A DNA stretch of 64,000 bases from a bacterium (GTDB lineage: Bacteria > SAR324 > NAC60-12), in assembly GCA_965205865.1 (NCBI GenBank), contig CBDBHR010000028.1:352001-416000 (forward strand). Direction: 5' to 3'. This document shows positions 40,724 through 51,581 of the stretch, in pieces; the first letter of the stretch is position 1, and each line of letters starts with the position of its first letter. The notes under the pieces were generated by a model. It searched no databases. It saw only the letters and a program-made list of their open reading frames with translations, and was not told where the DNA came from. The translations under genes and the position numbers were made by a program.

Positions 40724-41856
40724 TAAACTCCTGTCGTGCCGACGACTCCTTCAACCAGCCAATCCATGGATTCCAGCCATATATCCGTTTGCACGCGTTC
40801 TTTGCCAGCAGCAATGACAATATTGCCTTTATTATCTCGGAGGGGACCTTTGAAGATCGACATGGTTCCAGCGATCAGTTGAGCTTTAATTGCATCTGCT
40901 TTTTTCCGAGTTGCCGCATCCACAGCAGGGCCATAGGGAGAAACTTTGACGATTTCTTCTTTCAAACCACCTCTCAAAGAGTGAGGGATTTTTTCACCAT
41001 TTTGTATCATTACCGCATATTCATGGTAGACTGCAGACCAGTTCCATTCTGCGCCACTGAGATATCCTTTTGGTGCCAATACGGACTGGTTAGTATGAAA
41101 GCCGCTGCAGAAAATTCTCCGGTTTTCACATGTCTCTATCACCACTTTGGGACTGTCGACATGGCAGGTTATCACATCGATACCTTGATCAATAAGACTG
41201 TTTGTCGCTTCCGCTTCGCGAACGGGTAAAGCCCAATCTCCCGTAAAAATCACATGGGTCGTCACCTGTGGATTGACGGTTTGCGCACCCAGGGTGAACG
41301 CATTGATATTTCTGAGTACTAAAGGAATGGGTTTGGCTGCCACGAATCCCAATTTTCCCGACTTGCTCGTTCCACCTGCTACTATCCCTGCCACGTACTG
41401 CGCCTCATCGATATAGCCAAAATAACTTCCCACATTGGTTGGATGCGCTCCTTCCTGATACAATCCACCACAATGCAGAAATACGACATTCGGGTATTTT
41501 TTTGCCATTTTCAATATGTGCGGATCGAAGTAGCCATAGGAAGTGGGGAACAACACGTCGGTTCCATCCAAATGGATCATGCTTTCCATGGTTTTTTGCA
41601 CTTCAATATTCTCAGGTACCTTTTCCTCATCAACCGCATTGACCCATGGTAAACGGGAAATAGCGCTTTTCCCTTCAAAATGGGATTGATTGTAACCATA
41701 GTCATCCCGAGAACCTACGTATATGAATCCCATGGAAATTTTTTTTGCAGCTTTGGCTTCTGGCAGAGGAACCAGATTGCCAATGGCACTAAGTAAACCA
41801 GCAGTTGCAATGCCTTTAATGGCTTGCCTCCTTGTCAATAATGTCACTTTTTTCAT
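40723..41856 (-). CDS. BMP-family ABC substrate-binding protein with Tat-like signal
   Basis: TRRQAIK signal; GFIYVG..DDYGYNQSH motif. Confidence 0.9.
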   Translation of the reverse strand: MKKVTLLTRRQAIKGIATAGLLSAIGNLVPLPEAKAAKKISMGFIYVGSRDDYGYNQSHFEGKSAISRLPWVNAVDEEKVPENIEVQKTMESMIHLDGTDVLFPTSYGYFDPHILKMAKKYPNVVFLHCGGLYQEGAHPTNVGSYFGYIDEAQYVAGIVAGGTSKSGKLGFVAAKPIPLVLRNINAFTLGAQTVNPQVTTHVIFTGDWALPVREAEATNSLIDQGIDVITCHVDSPKVVIETCENRRIFCSGFHTNQSVLAPKGYLSGAEWNWSAVYHEYAVMIQNGEKIPHSLRGGLKEEIVKVSPYGPAVDAATRKKADAIKAQLIAGTMSIFKGPLRDNKGNIVIAAGKERVQTDIWLESMDWLVEGVVGTTGV

Positions 41857-42145
41857 AAAATCCTCTTTGAGGGGTAAAGTCGAGCTTGAAAAGCCCAGGA
41901 TTTTTCGATACGTCAGAAAAGTATCACAATATATTTTTTGCATACAGTAAAGTCAAAAAACCGATTCGGAATTATGGCGCCTTCCTTTATGCAGCAATGA
42001 AAAATTCACAAATTTTCTCTTGTTGATTCCTGATGAAAACCTTGACAACGCTTCAAGAAGAAAATATCTCTCATACTAAAATTTACTCCTCTTTTATAAA
42101 AACTTCATTGGTATCACTTTTTCCTCCTTTCCCGCGAGCAAGATT

Positions 42146-43261
42146 GTGTCCCGGAAAAATCGATCGCGAGTCGTAATTTGTGGCGGAGGTGTCATTGGTA
42201 CGTCAATCGCTTATTTTCTCAGTCTGAGGAACGTGGAGACCCTCGTCGTCGAGCGCGCTGGTGTCGCCAATGCGGCATCGGGCAAATCAGGGGGTTTTCT
42301 GGCACTCGACTGGTGCCAGGGCACGCCTGTTGATGCCCTGGCGCGGCGTAGCTTTGTACTCCATGGAGAATTGGCATCAACCCTTGGTTCCGAAATGAAT
42401 TTGGATTGGGGATACCGCCGGTTGGACACCTTGAGTGTTGCTGCCAGTGAACGTCGCGATCTCAGCAAACTGGCTCGGATAAAATCACCACGCTGGCTCG
42501 GACCCACTGCGGCTGTTAACGCGCAAATTGGTACTGAGGAGACGACGGCTCAGGTGAATCCGATGGAATTCACGCAGGGTTTGATGTCAGCAGCAGAAGC
42601 GAGAGGGGCACGCCTTGTCTCGGGCGCAGTGCAAGAGGTTGTTTTGTCACCCGGTGGTCGACGAGTGAAAGGCGTATTGGTCGATAACGAGATGTTGAAA
42701 GCGGATAAGGTTGTCATCGCAATGGGGCCTTGGACGATTCTCGCCTGTGAGTGGTTGCCGTTACCTGCGATTTATGGTCTCAAGGGTCATAGCTTAGTCT
42801 TACGCTACACTCCGCCCGAACCACATGCGCTCTTTGTGGAGTTCGAAACCAACACTGGTATTCAAACACCGGAAGTAATGCCTCGGAGCGACGGCACGAC
42901 CTACGTCTGTGGTTTGTCAGGTGATGAGCCGTTGCCAGTCGATCCATCCCTGGTGAACGTGGAGCCCGGCGTCTGTGATCGCTTGAGGGCAATCACGACG
43001 ACGTTTTCTCCACCATTGGGAGCAGCAGAAGTGCTGGCCGAACAAGCCTGCTATCGTCCCGTTGCTGAAGATGGCCTGCCATTGATCGGGCGAATACCAG
43101 GCGTAAAAGGAGCTTTCGTCGCGACCGGACACAGTGTCTGGGGTATGCTCAATGGACCTGCCACCGGCGAAGTAATGGCAGAATTGATCATTGACGGTAT
43201 GGCAACGGCTGTCGATATTGCTCCTTTCAATCCGGGGCGATTGAAAGAATTCCGACTCTAA
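42146..43261 (+). CDS. FAD-dependent oxidoreductase (DAO family)
   Basis: GGGVIG, ASGKSGG, ACYRP and ATGHSVWG motifs. Confidence 0.9.
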   Translation: MSRKNRSRVVICGGGVIGTSIAYFLSLRNVETLVVERAGVANAASGKSGGFLALDWCQGTPVDALARRSFVLHGELASTLGSEMNLDWGYRRLDTLSVAASERRDLSKLARIKSPRWLGPTAAVNAQIGTEETTAQVNPMEFTQGLMSAAEARGARLVSGAVQEVVLSPGGRRVKGVLVDNEMLKADKVVIAMGPWTILACEWLPLPAIYGLKGHSLVLRYTPPEPHALFVEFETNTGIQTPEVMPRSDGTTYVCGLSGDEPLPVDPSLVNVEPGVCDRLRAITTTFSPPLGAAEVLAEQACYRPVAEDGLPLIGRIPGVKGAFVATGHSVWGMLNGPATGEVMAELIIDGMATAVDIAPFNPGRLKEFRL

Positions 43262-43268
43262 CCCGGAA

Positions 43269-44093
43269 TCAGTGAAGCTGAGTGCCTCCATCCACGTTGA
43301 TTGCCTGCCCGGTGACGTTTTTTGCAGTTGCCAGATAGACTGCCAGTTGGCCTATGTCCTCAGGTGTTTGAGGGCGACCAAGCGGGATAACATTCCGGAT
43401 GAATCGCTGCCAGGATTGCTCTTTTGTTTCGCTTTCCTGCCTGAATCCATCTGCCAGGTATTCCCACATCTGAGTGCGGAGGATTCCCGGGCAAATCGCA
43501 TTGACCCGGATATCGTCGGATGCAAGCTCTTTCGCAAGGGAATTGGTAAATCCGACGACGGCAAACTTCGAGGCGCAATAGTGCGCTAGTCGAGCGTCGC
43601 CATTCTTCCCGGCCACCGATGCAATGTTGATGATACAGCCTTCGTTGCCTTGGGTTTTCAAGACAGGGATGGCTGCCTGACACGAGAGGAAGACCCCTTT
43701 TACATTGACGTCCAAGGTAAGATCCCAGATTTCCTCACTCATCTCTTCGACTTTTGAAAGACTGATAACCCCGGCATTGCAAACAAGGATATTCAGACCG
43801 CCGAGTTGTCGAACGGTTTCTGCGACCATGTGCTGCGTATCCTTTTTCCGGATCACATCAGCATGCATGGCGATTGCCCGACGGCCAACAGCGTTAATTT
43901 CTTCCAGAGTCTTTTGAGCGGCAGCCAGGCCACCTACCTCAGACGTCCCGTATTGTTGCTCCGCACTGGAAATATGATCAACGTCGGTGATCGCGACGTC
44001 GGCTCCAGCCTTTGCCAGCGCAATTGCAATTCCGCGTCCGATACCGCGTCCCCCTCCAGTAATAAGGGCTACCTTACCTTCAAGTGTCGTCAT
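43269..44093 (-). CDS. SDR-family oxidoreductase
   Basis: TGGGRGIG, CNAG, YCASK and NVDGG motifs. Confidence 0.93.
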   Translation of the reverse strand: MTTLEGKVALITGGGRGIGRGIAIALAKAGADVAITDVDHISSAEQQYGTSEVGGLAAAQKTLEEINAVGRRAIAMHADVIRKKDTQHMVAETVRQLGGLNILVCNAGVISLSKVEEMSEEIWDLTLDVNVKGVFLSCQAAIPVLKTQGNEGCIINIASVAGKNGDARLAHYCASKFAVVGFTNSLAKELASDDIRVNAICPGILRTQMWEYLADGFRQESETKEQSWQRFIRNVIPLGRPQTPEDIGQLAVYLATAKNVTGQAINVDGGTQLH

Positions 44094-44208
44094 TTCTACC
44101 TCCCATTTTCTTGGAATCCAAGCAAAACATGCAACCACAAGGCCAAAGCCATCGTTTTAATCTGTAATTTCCTTTTAGAATTCATATGGGAATGTACGAG
44201 TCCACGGA

Positions 44209-44385
44209 TTCAACAAATTGCTCGAAGTGGCCGGATGGCGCTTCTACCCCGAAGGGGATAAGCCCAAGAGGATCGCTGCGGCAGCCGTCATCGAGCTTTT
44301 TCTCCGTTTCACCGCCTGGAAACACCATGCCGGATGCCGACACCAAACGCCGCATCGACACCGCCCGCAACATCCTGGTGGGCAA
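44209..44385 (+). pseudogene. Relic N-termini of type I R-M restriction subunit and methylase
   Basis: NKLLEVAGWRF, then MPDADTKRRIDTARNILVG from 44327; both resemble type I R and M N-termini. Confidence 0.5.
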
Positions 44386-44515
44386 CGAGACATCTTAAAA
44401 CTCAAACACTATCGGTTGACAGTACCTGATATCCACGTTGAGGGGGAAGGAGTTTTCTCCGTCGCCTGCCAAGCATGAAGTTACGCTTCCAGCTTCTTCT
44501 TCTCCGAAAACAATC

Positions 44516-44736
44516 TAACCTGAGTTCGAGATAAGAATTTAATAAATTCAATATGTTATGGAATCTTCATATCGTAGAGAAACCTTGTCATTCCTGCGAA
44601 AGCAGGAATCCGGAGGTATGCAGCCAGACTGAAATCCGGATCCCCGCTCCCCGCTTTCGCGGGGACAAGTTTCGCGAGGATGACATATACACTTAGGATA
44701 CTCATATTATTGAAGATTTATGTCGAACTCAGGTTA
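44516..44736. mobile_element. MITE with internal REP pair
   Basis: Perfect terminal IR TAACCTGAGTTCGA / TCGAACTCAGGTTA enclosing GTCATTCCTGCGAAAGCAGGAATCC...TTCGCGAGGATGAC. Confidence 0.8.
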
Positions 44737-44940
44737 TCTACCTGCTTGCGGAATCTTTTCTATATTGTGCCGGGACAACTGCCACAAAGGGTCTTCATCG
44801 GGAATCATTCGTACAACTCGCGAAATCGTAAGAAGCCCATTGGCTAAAAAATTGCTTGTTTACTAATTTACTATTTTTTTCAGAAGGAAATGGATGTATC
44901 CGGGCGACTTATGCGATCAGGAATGGTCTGATGAAATCGA

Positions 44941-45882
44941 ATGGGGAGTGAGCGACCAATGAACATTTTTCAATTTCCGGATACTAAATCCGCACAACAA
45001 TTTTTGGATTCTTTTTGCGAACATCCTCCGATTATTACTGCTGCTCAACTTACAAAAATCAAGATACCGATCGACGCAGAAAAAATCGGAAGCGTCCGAC
45101 TCATAGATGCCAATATCTTCACAGATTACCAAACCTTAAATCGGATTCTCTATGGATCACGGAGAATAAAAGAAAGCAATGAGACTCCTACCATGGCGAC
45201 ACGTACGGCTTGGTCTTTTGCAGGAGCAACTGCTGAGAATTTTAGTGAACATGTTCGACGTTCCATCCCATTCTATGAAGTCGGGCATGATCTCGTATGT
45301 AGGCTCAGTGATTTTTTCGTCAAACCAGATACCGTTGTCTATGAGATTGGCGTTTCAGTGGGAGATTTATTGATAAAACTGGTGCAACATCATCAAGATA
45401 AATCACAATGCCAATGGGTGGGGTTGGATCTCGAGAAAAACATGATCAAAAAAGCCCAAGAAAAATTTGAAAGAGGAAGAAATGTTTCTTTGAAAGTCGC
45501 CGATATTGTTTTGTATGATCTGGAACCCACGGACTTGGTGGTTTCTTATTATTGCATTCAATTCATATCTCCAAAATGGAGGCAACAGGTGATTGACAAA
45601 ATATACAATGCCCTGAATTGGGGGGGAGCCTTTATTTGGTTTGAGAAAGTGAGAGCATGCGATGCCAGATTTCAAGACATCATGACAACTTTATACACGG
45701 ACTACAAATTGGAACAACGGTACAGTGCTGACGAGATTATTGCCAAAACACAAAGCCTGAAAGGAGTAATGGAACCGTTTTCCACACAAGGTAATCTGGA
45801 TTTGCTGAAACGGGCAGGATTTGTTGACACAATCACTGTTTTCAAGTACTTATGCTTTGAAGGGTTATTGGCCATCAAATGA
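44941..45882 (+). CDS. SAM-dependent methyltransferase, CmoA-like, with N-terminal extension
   Basis: F..HVRRSIPFY, EIGVSVG, YCIQF and GGAFIWFEK motifs; start uncertain. Confidence 0.8.
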   Translation: MGSERPMNIFQFPDTKSAQQFLDSFCEHPPIITAAQLTKIKIPIDAEKIGSVRLIDANIFTDYQTLNRILYGSRRIKESNETPTMATRTAWSFAGATAENFSEHVRRSIPFYEVGHDLVCRLSDFFVKPDTVVYEIGVSVGDLLIKLVQHHQDKSQCQWVGLDLEKNMIKKAQEKFERGRNVSLKVADIVLYDLEPTDLVVSYYCIQFISPKWRQQVIDKIYNALNWGGAFIWFEKVRACDARFQDIMTTLYTDYKLEQRYSADEIIAKTQSLKGVMEPFSTQGNLDLLKRAGFVDTITVFKYLCFEGLLAIK

Positions 45883-46108
45883 ATATTCAATCAGCCTGAA
45901 GCCGGAATTTGTACAGGAAAAATCTCTCCCGCATCGATACCTTCCTCAATCGGAATAAAAACCGGTACGATAAAATAAATTTTAATTGAATTCTACCATT
46001 GAGAAATTCCGAAAAACCGGAGGCTCTGAACAGAACCATATTCCTGATTTTGCCCCGGTTGTCCATTTGAAACCATAATTGTCTGATAACCTCGCAACGT
46101 GAGTTGCT

Positions 46109-46933
46109 ATGCCCCGCGCCAGTGTGATCATTCCGACATACAATCGAGTTGGTTGGCTTGCTCATGCAATTGATTCCGTGCTGTTACAAACTTGCAAGGA
46201 CCGGGAATTGATTGTTGTGGATGACGCATCCACAGATGAAACAGCAGAATTGCTCTCCCGTTATGGCTCGGCATTGCGGACAATCACTCTTTCCCCGAAT
46301 CAGGGAGTGAGCGCCTCCCGCAACGCCGGTATTCAAAATTCAGAAAGCCCCTGGATTGCCTTCCTCGATTCGGATGATCGCTGGCTTCCCCAAAAACTGG
46401 AAAAGCAGGTACAATATCAGCAGCGGCATCCCCAATCTCAAATCCTTTTTACCGACGAAATCTGGATCCGTAACGGGAAGCGCGTCAATCCGGGAAAAAG
46501 GCATCAAAAGCGTGCAGGATGGATTTTTCAGGCCAGTCTCTCTTTGTGCTTGATGGCACCCTCTTCAACCATGATTCGAAGGAATGTTTTTGAGACTACC
46601 GGCCTGTTCGATGAGAGTTTACCGATTTGTGAGGACTATGATCTCTGGTTGAGGATGGCCGCGCGATTCCCGGTTTATTTGTTGAATGAAAAACTAATGA
46701 TACGCTACGGGGGGCACAAAGACCAATTGTCTTCCCGATGTTGGGGAAACGATCGCTATCGAGTACGCGCGCTGCAGAAAATAATTCGTACTGTTCCCTT
46801 GAGACCACAGGATCGGGACGCTGCCGTGGCCAAACTGATTGAAAAATGCGGGATATTGAGACAAGGATATCAAAAACGCGGCAAGCTGCGAGAGGCTGCC
46901 TATTACCAGCAAATTATCGAAGAACATAAATGA
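46109..46933 (+). CDS. Glycosyltransferase family 2
   Basis: SVIIPTYNR, VDDASTD, FLDSDD and EDYDLWLR motifs. Confidence 0.93.
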   Translation: MPRASVIIPTYNRVGWLAHAIDSVLLQTCKDRELIVVDDASTDETAELLSRYGSALRTITLSPNQGVSASRNAGIQNSESPWIAFLDSDDRWLPQKLEKQVQYQQRHPQSQILFTDEIWIRNGKRVNPGKRHQKRAGWIFQASLSLCLMAPSSTMIRRNVFETTGLFDESLPICEDYDLWLRMAARFPVYLLNEKLMIRYGGHKDQLSSRCWGNDRYRVRALQKIIRTVPLRPQDRDAAVAKLIEKCGILRQGYQKRGKLREAAYYQQIIEEHK

Positions 46934-47934
46934 TTGATTTGAAATGGTCCTTTCGGGATATTCCCCTGGATTGGATAATCGTGAAAGACTCGCCCTATGA
47001 CTGGAAAATCACGCAAGCGGATCAACTCCTTCGGCAATCCCTGGAAATAAATGGAATCCTCATGCCTCTGATCGTGCAGGAGATCGGAAATAAGCAATTT
47101 TATTTGGTGGACGGATTCAAACGCATGAGCATAATTCCACGCTTGAGAATCAAAACCTCTACCCTTTTTCATTGCCTTGTCATCGCGCCTGATGTTTCTT
47201 TTCGTGAATTGATACTCTGGCGTTTGGAAACCGAAGCGGAACAACACCCCTTCAAAGGCCTGGAAATTTGCCGAATTTTGAAGCTGCTGTTTGAAGAGGG
47301 AATTGAAGAATCACAACTTACTAAGCAGGTTTTGCCGCGCTTGGGATTGAAACCTTCCCGCAAAATAACACTGGATTTACTGAAATTGGCAGAAATATTG
47401 GATTTGGAGGAAAGGGCTTGTCTGGAAAATTATACGGCAGAAGATTTGCTGCCTCTGATGAAATTTTCCGGGGCGGAGATTCGCTTGCTCGTCCGGCATC
47501 TGAAAGATTTCGAGTTGGGGGGTAATAAATGGAAAAGCCTGCTGCAACTCATTCGCGAAGTGAGTCGTCTGCGAGGTTGGACGTTGGTAGATATGATGGA
47601 ATCCCCGGAGATTGTTCGTATTATCCAAGAGGAGCGCATGCAGTCGCCCGTGCGTTTTCGTATGCTCAAACAAAAACTGGAATCCTGGCGTTTCCCGGAA
47701 TTGACCGCTTCTCAAAAAGAATTTGAACACTGCCTGCAACAACTTCAAATACCGGCCCGTACCAGCGTCCACTATGATCCTTTTTTTGAAAAGGATGATA
47801 TGCTCCTCAAACTCCAAGTGGGTTCCCTGGAAGAGTTGACCGGGCAACTGAGGGCATTGCAGCAGAGTGCCATGCAGCATACGGAATGGAAAAAAATGTT
47901 CCAACTGCTCCATGGTCAGTGCTCGAAAATCTGA
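46930..47934 (+). CDS. ParB N-terminal domain-containing protein
   Basis: LRQSLEINGILMPLIV...LVDGFKR motif. Confidence 0.7.
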   Translation: MIDLKWSFRDIPLDWIIVKDSPYDWKITQADQLLRQSLEINGILMPLIVQEIGNKQFYLVDGFKRMSIIPRLRIKTSTLFHCLVIAPDVSFRELILWRLETEAEQHPFKGLEICRILKLLFEEGIEESQLTKQVLPRLGLKPSRKITLDLLKLAEILDLEERACLENYTAEDLLPLMKFSGAEIRLLVRHLKDFELGGNKWKSLLQLIREVSRLRGWTLVDMMESPEIVRIIQEERMQSPVRFRMLKQKLESWRFPELTASQKEFEHCLQQLQIPARTSVHYDPFFEKDDMLLKLQVGSLEELTGQLRALQQSAMQHTEWKKMFQLLHGQCSKI

Positions 47935-48129
47935 AACCTTTTTTTAAAAAAGAGTATCGGGATTCACTCGTTTCGTGAAAGTATTTGAATATGTTCGGAA
48001 AATCTTATAAGAATATTGACCGGATGTCTGATCCGGTATTTGAATCAAAACAGGCGATCGATACATGTCTTGCAGACAATTACAGCTTTGTTGCCTGAAT
48101 GAAGTTCTGATCAAAGTAGTTTCGATTCC

Positions 48130-48711
48130 ATGAAAACGGACAAAGACGCAACACGGGATGTGGGAAATTGGGCAGACGAATATGGTGACATGCTTTTTCG
48201 TTTTGCCCTCGTTCGTGTTGGCGACGAAAATGTAGCGGCTGACGTGGTACAAAATACGCTACTGGCCGCCATGATCGCCAAAGATTCTTTTCTGGGTAAA
48301 TCCACGATCAAAACCTGGTTGTTGGGGATTTTGAAACACAAGATCATGGACCATTTTCGACAAAGGCGAAAGGAAAACCTGATCACGGATACGGAATTAG
48401 CCAGTCTGGGAAACCCGGAATTCACGCCTGAAGGGATGTGGCGGGAAAAACCCCGGGAATGGAATTTCACGCCGGAGCAGGTCCTGGAGAACGAGGAGGC
48501 GCGCCAGATTTTATGGGAATGCATCGATACGCTTCCGGAGCGGATGCGCCTGTTGTTTATTCTTCGTGAGATCGATGGCGAGAGTACCACAACGATTTGT
48601 GAGCGAATGAATCTATCGGCTTCCAATTTTTCCGTAATGCTCTTCCGTGCCCGCCACAAACTCCGCAAAGAATTCAGCATCCGTGGGGTCAAAGTCCTCA
48701 ATATGCTCTGA
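48130..48711 (+). CDS. ECF sigma-70 factor
   Basis: ADVVQ, KTWLLGILKHK and LREIDG..ICERM..VMLFRAR motifs. Confidence 0.9.
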   Translation: MKTDKDATRDVGNWADEYGDMLFRFALVRVGDENVAADVVQNTLLAAMIAKDSFLGKSTIKTWLLGILKHKIMDHFRQRRKENLITDTELASLGNPEFTPEGMWREKPREWNFTPEQVLENEEARQILWECIDTLPERMRLLFILREIDGESTTTICERMNLSASNFSVMLFRARHKLRKEFSIRGVKVLNML

Positions 48712-48804
48712 TACCATCTCGCCACCACAAACTCTTTGACCCGTCAACGCCGATCTCGCCGGAGACCGTTTATGAGATCGTCAGTGATTATGCCTCTCCG
48801 AAGA

Positions 48805-51579
48805 CTACAACCGTTCGATACGGACTCCGTCACCGAGTTCGAGATCATCCAGAATCTGCTTCAGTTCCATTTCCATGTTCCGCGCAAACTGTGAATCGAC
48901 GCTTACCGAAAGCTCGATACCCACCCTGAGATCGTCTCCCGAACGCAGCTTAGGCAGGATTTTGGTTCCCAGCCGGTTCCAGACTTCGGGGGGCACGGTG
49001 CCGGCAAGCCGGAGCTTTGTTTTCCGACCTGCCTGCAGCGCGCAGGCGGCAGACGAATTGTCCGCAACCGGTTCAGAGTCGGGTACCGGCTGCTGTTCCG
49101 GACCGGGTGGTGGTTGCGTATGTGGCGGATCTCCGGGTGTCGCTTTGAGCGCTTCGGCTCTGGCCTTGGTCACCAGGAAGACGTTCGTCTCGAAAGCCAC
49201 CTCTTCCACATGGACCGGCTCCGCGTACCAAAGTCGCTCGAAGCTACCATCGTCCCCGGTACCGGATGCCAGGCCGAAGTCGCCGCGAGCCACGAACTCG
49301 ACGACCTGCCGGCGCAGGATTGCGTCGGGATCGATCAACCTCGTCAATGCTCCATTGAGAAAGCTCTGACGCAGACTGGTTAGAGGCCAGGCCCCGCTGT
49401 CTTTGAATGCGGGTGGCCAATGGCGGTCAATGTAACCGGCACCCACGTTTTCGTTGAGCAGGGCTTCGGCCTTCAACGCGGCAATGATCCGTCCACAAAG
49501 CGTTTCGCTGGCGCTGGAATGCCCGGCTCCGAGATCGATGATCCTCAATCCCCGCTTCTCCTGCCTGTCCCCCAGCGCTATGAAGCGATAGCTGGCCCAC
49601 ACTTCCTCCCTGGCTGCTTCAAGGGAGTCTCTGACCCATGCCTCGACTTCCCGGAGATCTGCGCGCTCATATTCAGTGCCGAGAACTCCCTGGGATACCT
49701 CGTACCTCACGCGTTTCCAGGCGAGCCACAACTCGACCTTCCGGCGAAGCTCCCGCCCCGGTTTCCTCACGCACCAGACCAACGAGCCCGGGTACAGCCT
49801 AGGCGAAGTGCCACGTTCCCTGGTCCAATGGCCAATGCGTTCCGCGATTTCGCCGTCGTCCTGCCATTCGGTTTCGGGATCGAGAACGATCAGGGAGAGT
49901 CGCGGAGAATCCTGGACCGCGGCGCTGTCCTCCAGGAAGAAAGCAAGCGGGAGGCTCGTCCCGGATTTGAACTCGCTCTCGACGAGCTTGCGTACCGCCG
50001 GATTTATTTCCGTTTCTTCGTCCAGGGAAGCCTGCCGGTCACTGACGACTTTCTTCAATGTCGCCTGGTGGTGGATGCGATAGCCGTCCGTGCCGACCTT
50101 ACGAATGAAGAACCCGGACGTCTCCAGAGCCGTTGCGGCGTTATCGATGGTGGTGGTCTCGACCTCGGGTTCGCCGAGGGCGAAGCGCAATTCCGGCAGG
50201 TGCGCCACCTTGTCCACCTGTCCGCCGGAGGACTCGAACAGGATGGCCGCTCCCACGCGGCGATGGACGTCTCGCAGAGCTCCCGAAGTATCCACGTCCA
50301 GGGATCTGGCATGCGCTATCGGTCCCGCGATGTCGGCATCGATGGCAACGTCGAGCCGGGTTTCACCCAGCTGACCTAGGACCACGGCCCGGAACTCGGG
50401 TACGTCCAAGGGAGCCGATCCCAGCGTAATCAGTGGCTCGTTGCGCGCTTTGTGGAATTGCTCGCGAGCCGCCCGGGAAATCCATTGCGCCAGCATGGCC
50501 AACGCCCCCCGGGTCTGCTGGAATTGGGCCAGGGCGCGCCATTTCCGTTGAAAGACCGAAAGGGTCGCGGGGTGGAAGGGATAGCAAGCCTCGAACCGGC
50601 TCCTTAAAAATTCTCTGGCGCCGCTTTCCGTTGTTGCCGTGTCGACTGCCAGCCACTCCGGGGGAAGACGGTTGGATCGTTCGAAGCACCAGTCCGCATA
50701 GCTCCTGGCAACCTTCCTGCGTACGCGAACGTTTCCGAGATCCTGGAACAGCCGCCGGCGCACCACCTCGCTGATTTCGGATTCGTCATTGGCGATCAGG
50801 TCTTGGGCTACGCGGCGGATCACTTTGGTGATCCGCTCCTGCCACTGCCGGTCCCAATCGGTCATTTCGACCTGGCTGCGTGGCAGGCTGATCACCGCGG
50901 CTGCCCGCGTGGTTCCAGTGATGGCTACGGTCAGGTTCTGCATGAAAGCGTGGAAGCTTTCCGCCATATCCCGGTGGCGATTGATAAAGTTGAGCACCTC
51001 GTCGAAGAGTAACAGTACGGGCGCTTCCGCGGCCCTGAAGACGTTTCCCAGCGCCTCCGTGCCCGGCGGAGTATTATGCGCAGCGCTACCGAGCGCGGCA
51101 ACTCCGCGATCACCGGCCAGTTGACGAGCCAGATCAATCCAGGGAGTCTCCCGTCCCTCTCTCGGGTCCCAGGCATTGCCGACGAACACTGCGACGCGAG
51201 TGGAGGGGATTTCCGTTATTCCGGCCTTCTTCAGGAGGTCCGACACGCCGGGGATTTTGAGGCTGTCCGCACCGGCGTTGGCCAGGTGGTAGAGCGCGGT
51301 GAGCGCGTGCGTCTTGCCACCACCGAATTGAGTAACCAGAGTGAGGACCGGGGCCGTGTTCCCGGTTATACCGGAAAGGCGCCTCAGCGTCATGCCCGCA
51401 TGCTCCCGCAAGGCGCGCGTGAAGCAGGTGCGGGAAAAGAACTGCGCCGGGTCACTGTAATCTTCAGGTGCGGTTCCGGCGACTACCTGCTCGAGGGCGA
51501 TGGCAAATTCATCCGGACTGAAGGAGCGACCTTCGCGTACCTCTTCGCGGAGGGTAACATTTTTGTACCAGGGTTGCAT
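48805..51579 (-). CDS. DUF499-family ATPase
   Basis: QFGGGKTH Walker A, LLFDE, YPFHP and FQQTRG motifs. Confidence 0.88.
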   Translation of the reverse strand: MQPWYKNVTLREEVREGRSFSPDEFAIALEQVVAGTAPEDYSDPAQFFSRTCFTRALREHAGMTLRRLSGITGNTAPVLTLVTQFGGGKTHALTALYHLANAGADSLKIPGVSDLLKKAGITEIPSTRVAVFVGNAWDPREGRETPWIDLARQLAGDRGVAALGSAAHNTPPGTEALGNVFRAAEAPVLLLFDEVLNFINRHRDMAESFHAFMQNLTVAITGTTRAAAVISLPRSQVEMTDWDRQWQERITKVIRRVAQDLIANDESEISEVVRRRLFQDLGNVRVRRKVARSYADWCFERSNRLPPEWLAVDTATTESGAREFLRSRFEACYPFHPATLSVFQRKWRALAQFQQTRGALAMLAQWISRAAREQFHKARNEPLITLGSAPLDVPEFRAVVLGQLGETRLDVAIDADIAGPIAHARSLDVDTSGALRDVHRRVGAAILFESSGGQVDKVAHLPELRFALGEPEVETTTIDNAATALETSGFFIRKVGTDGYRIHHQATLKKVVSDRQASLDEETEINPAVRKLVESEFKSGTSLPLAFFLEDSAAVQDSPRLSLIVLDPETEWQDDGEIAERIGHWTRERGTSPRLYPGSLVWCVRKPGRELRRKVELWLAWKRVRYEVSQGVLGTEYERADLREVEAWVRDSLEAAREEVWASYRFIALGDRQEKRGLRIIDLGAGHSSASETLCGRIIAALKAEALLNENVGAGYIDRHWPPAFKDSGAWPLTSLRQSFLNGALTRLIDPDAILRRQVVEFVARGDFGLASGTGDDGSFERLWYAEPVHVEEVAFETNVFLVTKARAEALKATPGDPPHTQPPPGPEQQPVPDSEPVADNSSAACALQAGRKTKLRLAGTVPPEVWNRLGTKILPKLRSGDDLRVGIELSVSVDSQFARNMEMELKQILDDLELGDGVRIERL

Positions 51580-51581
51580 GG

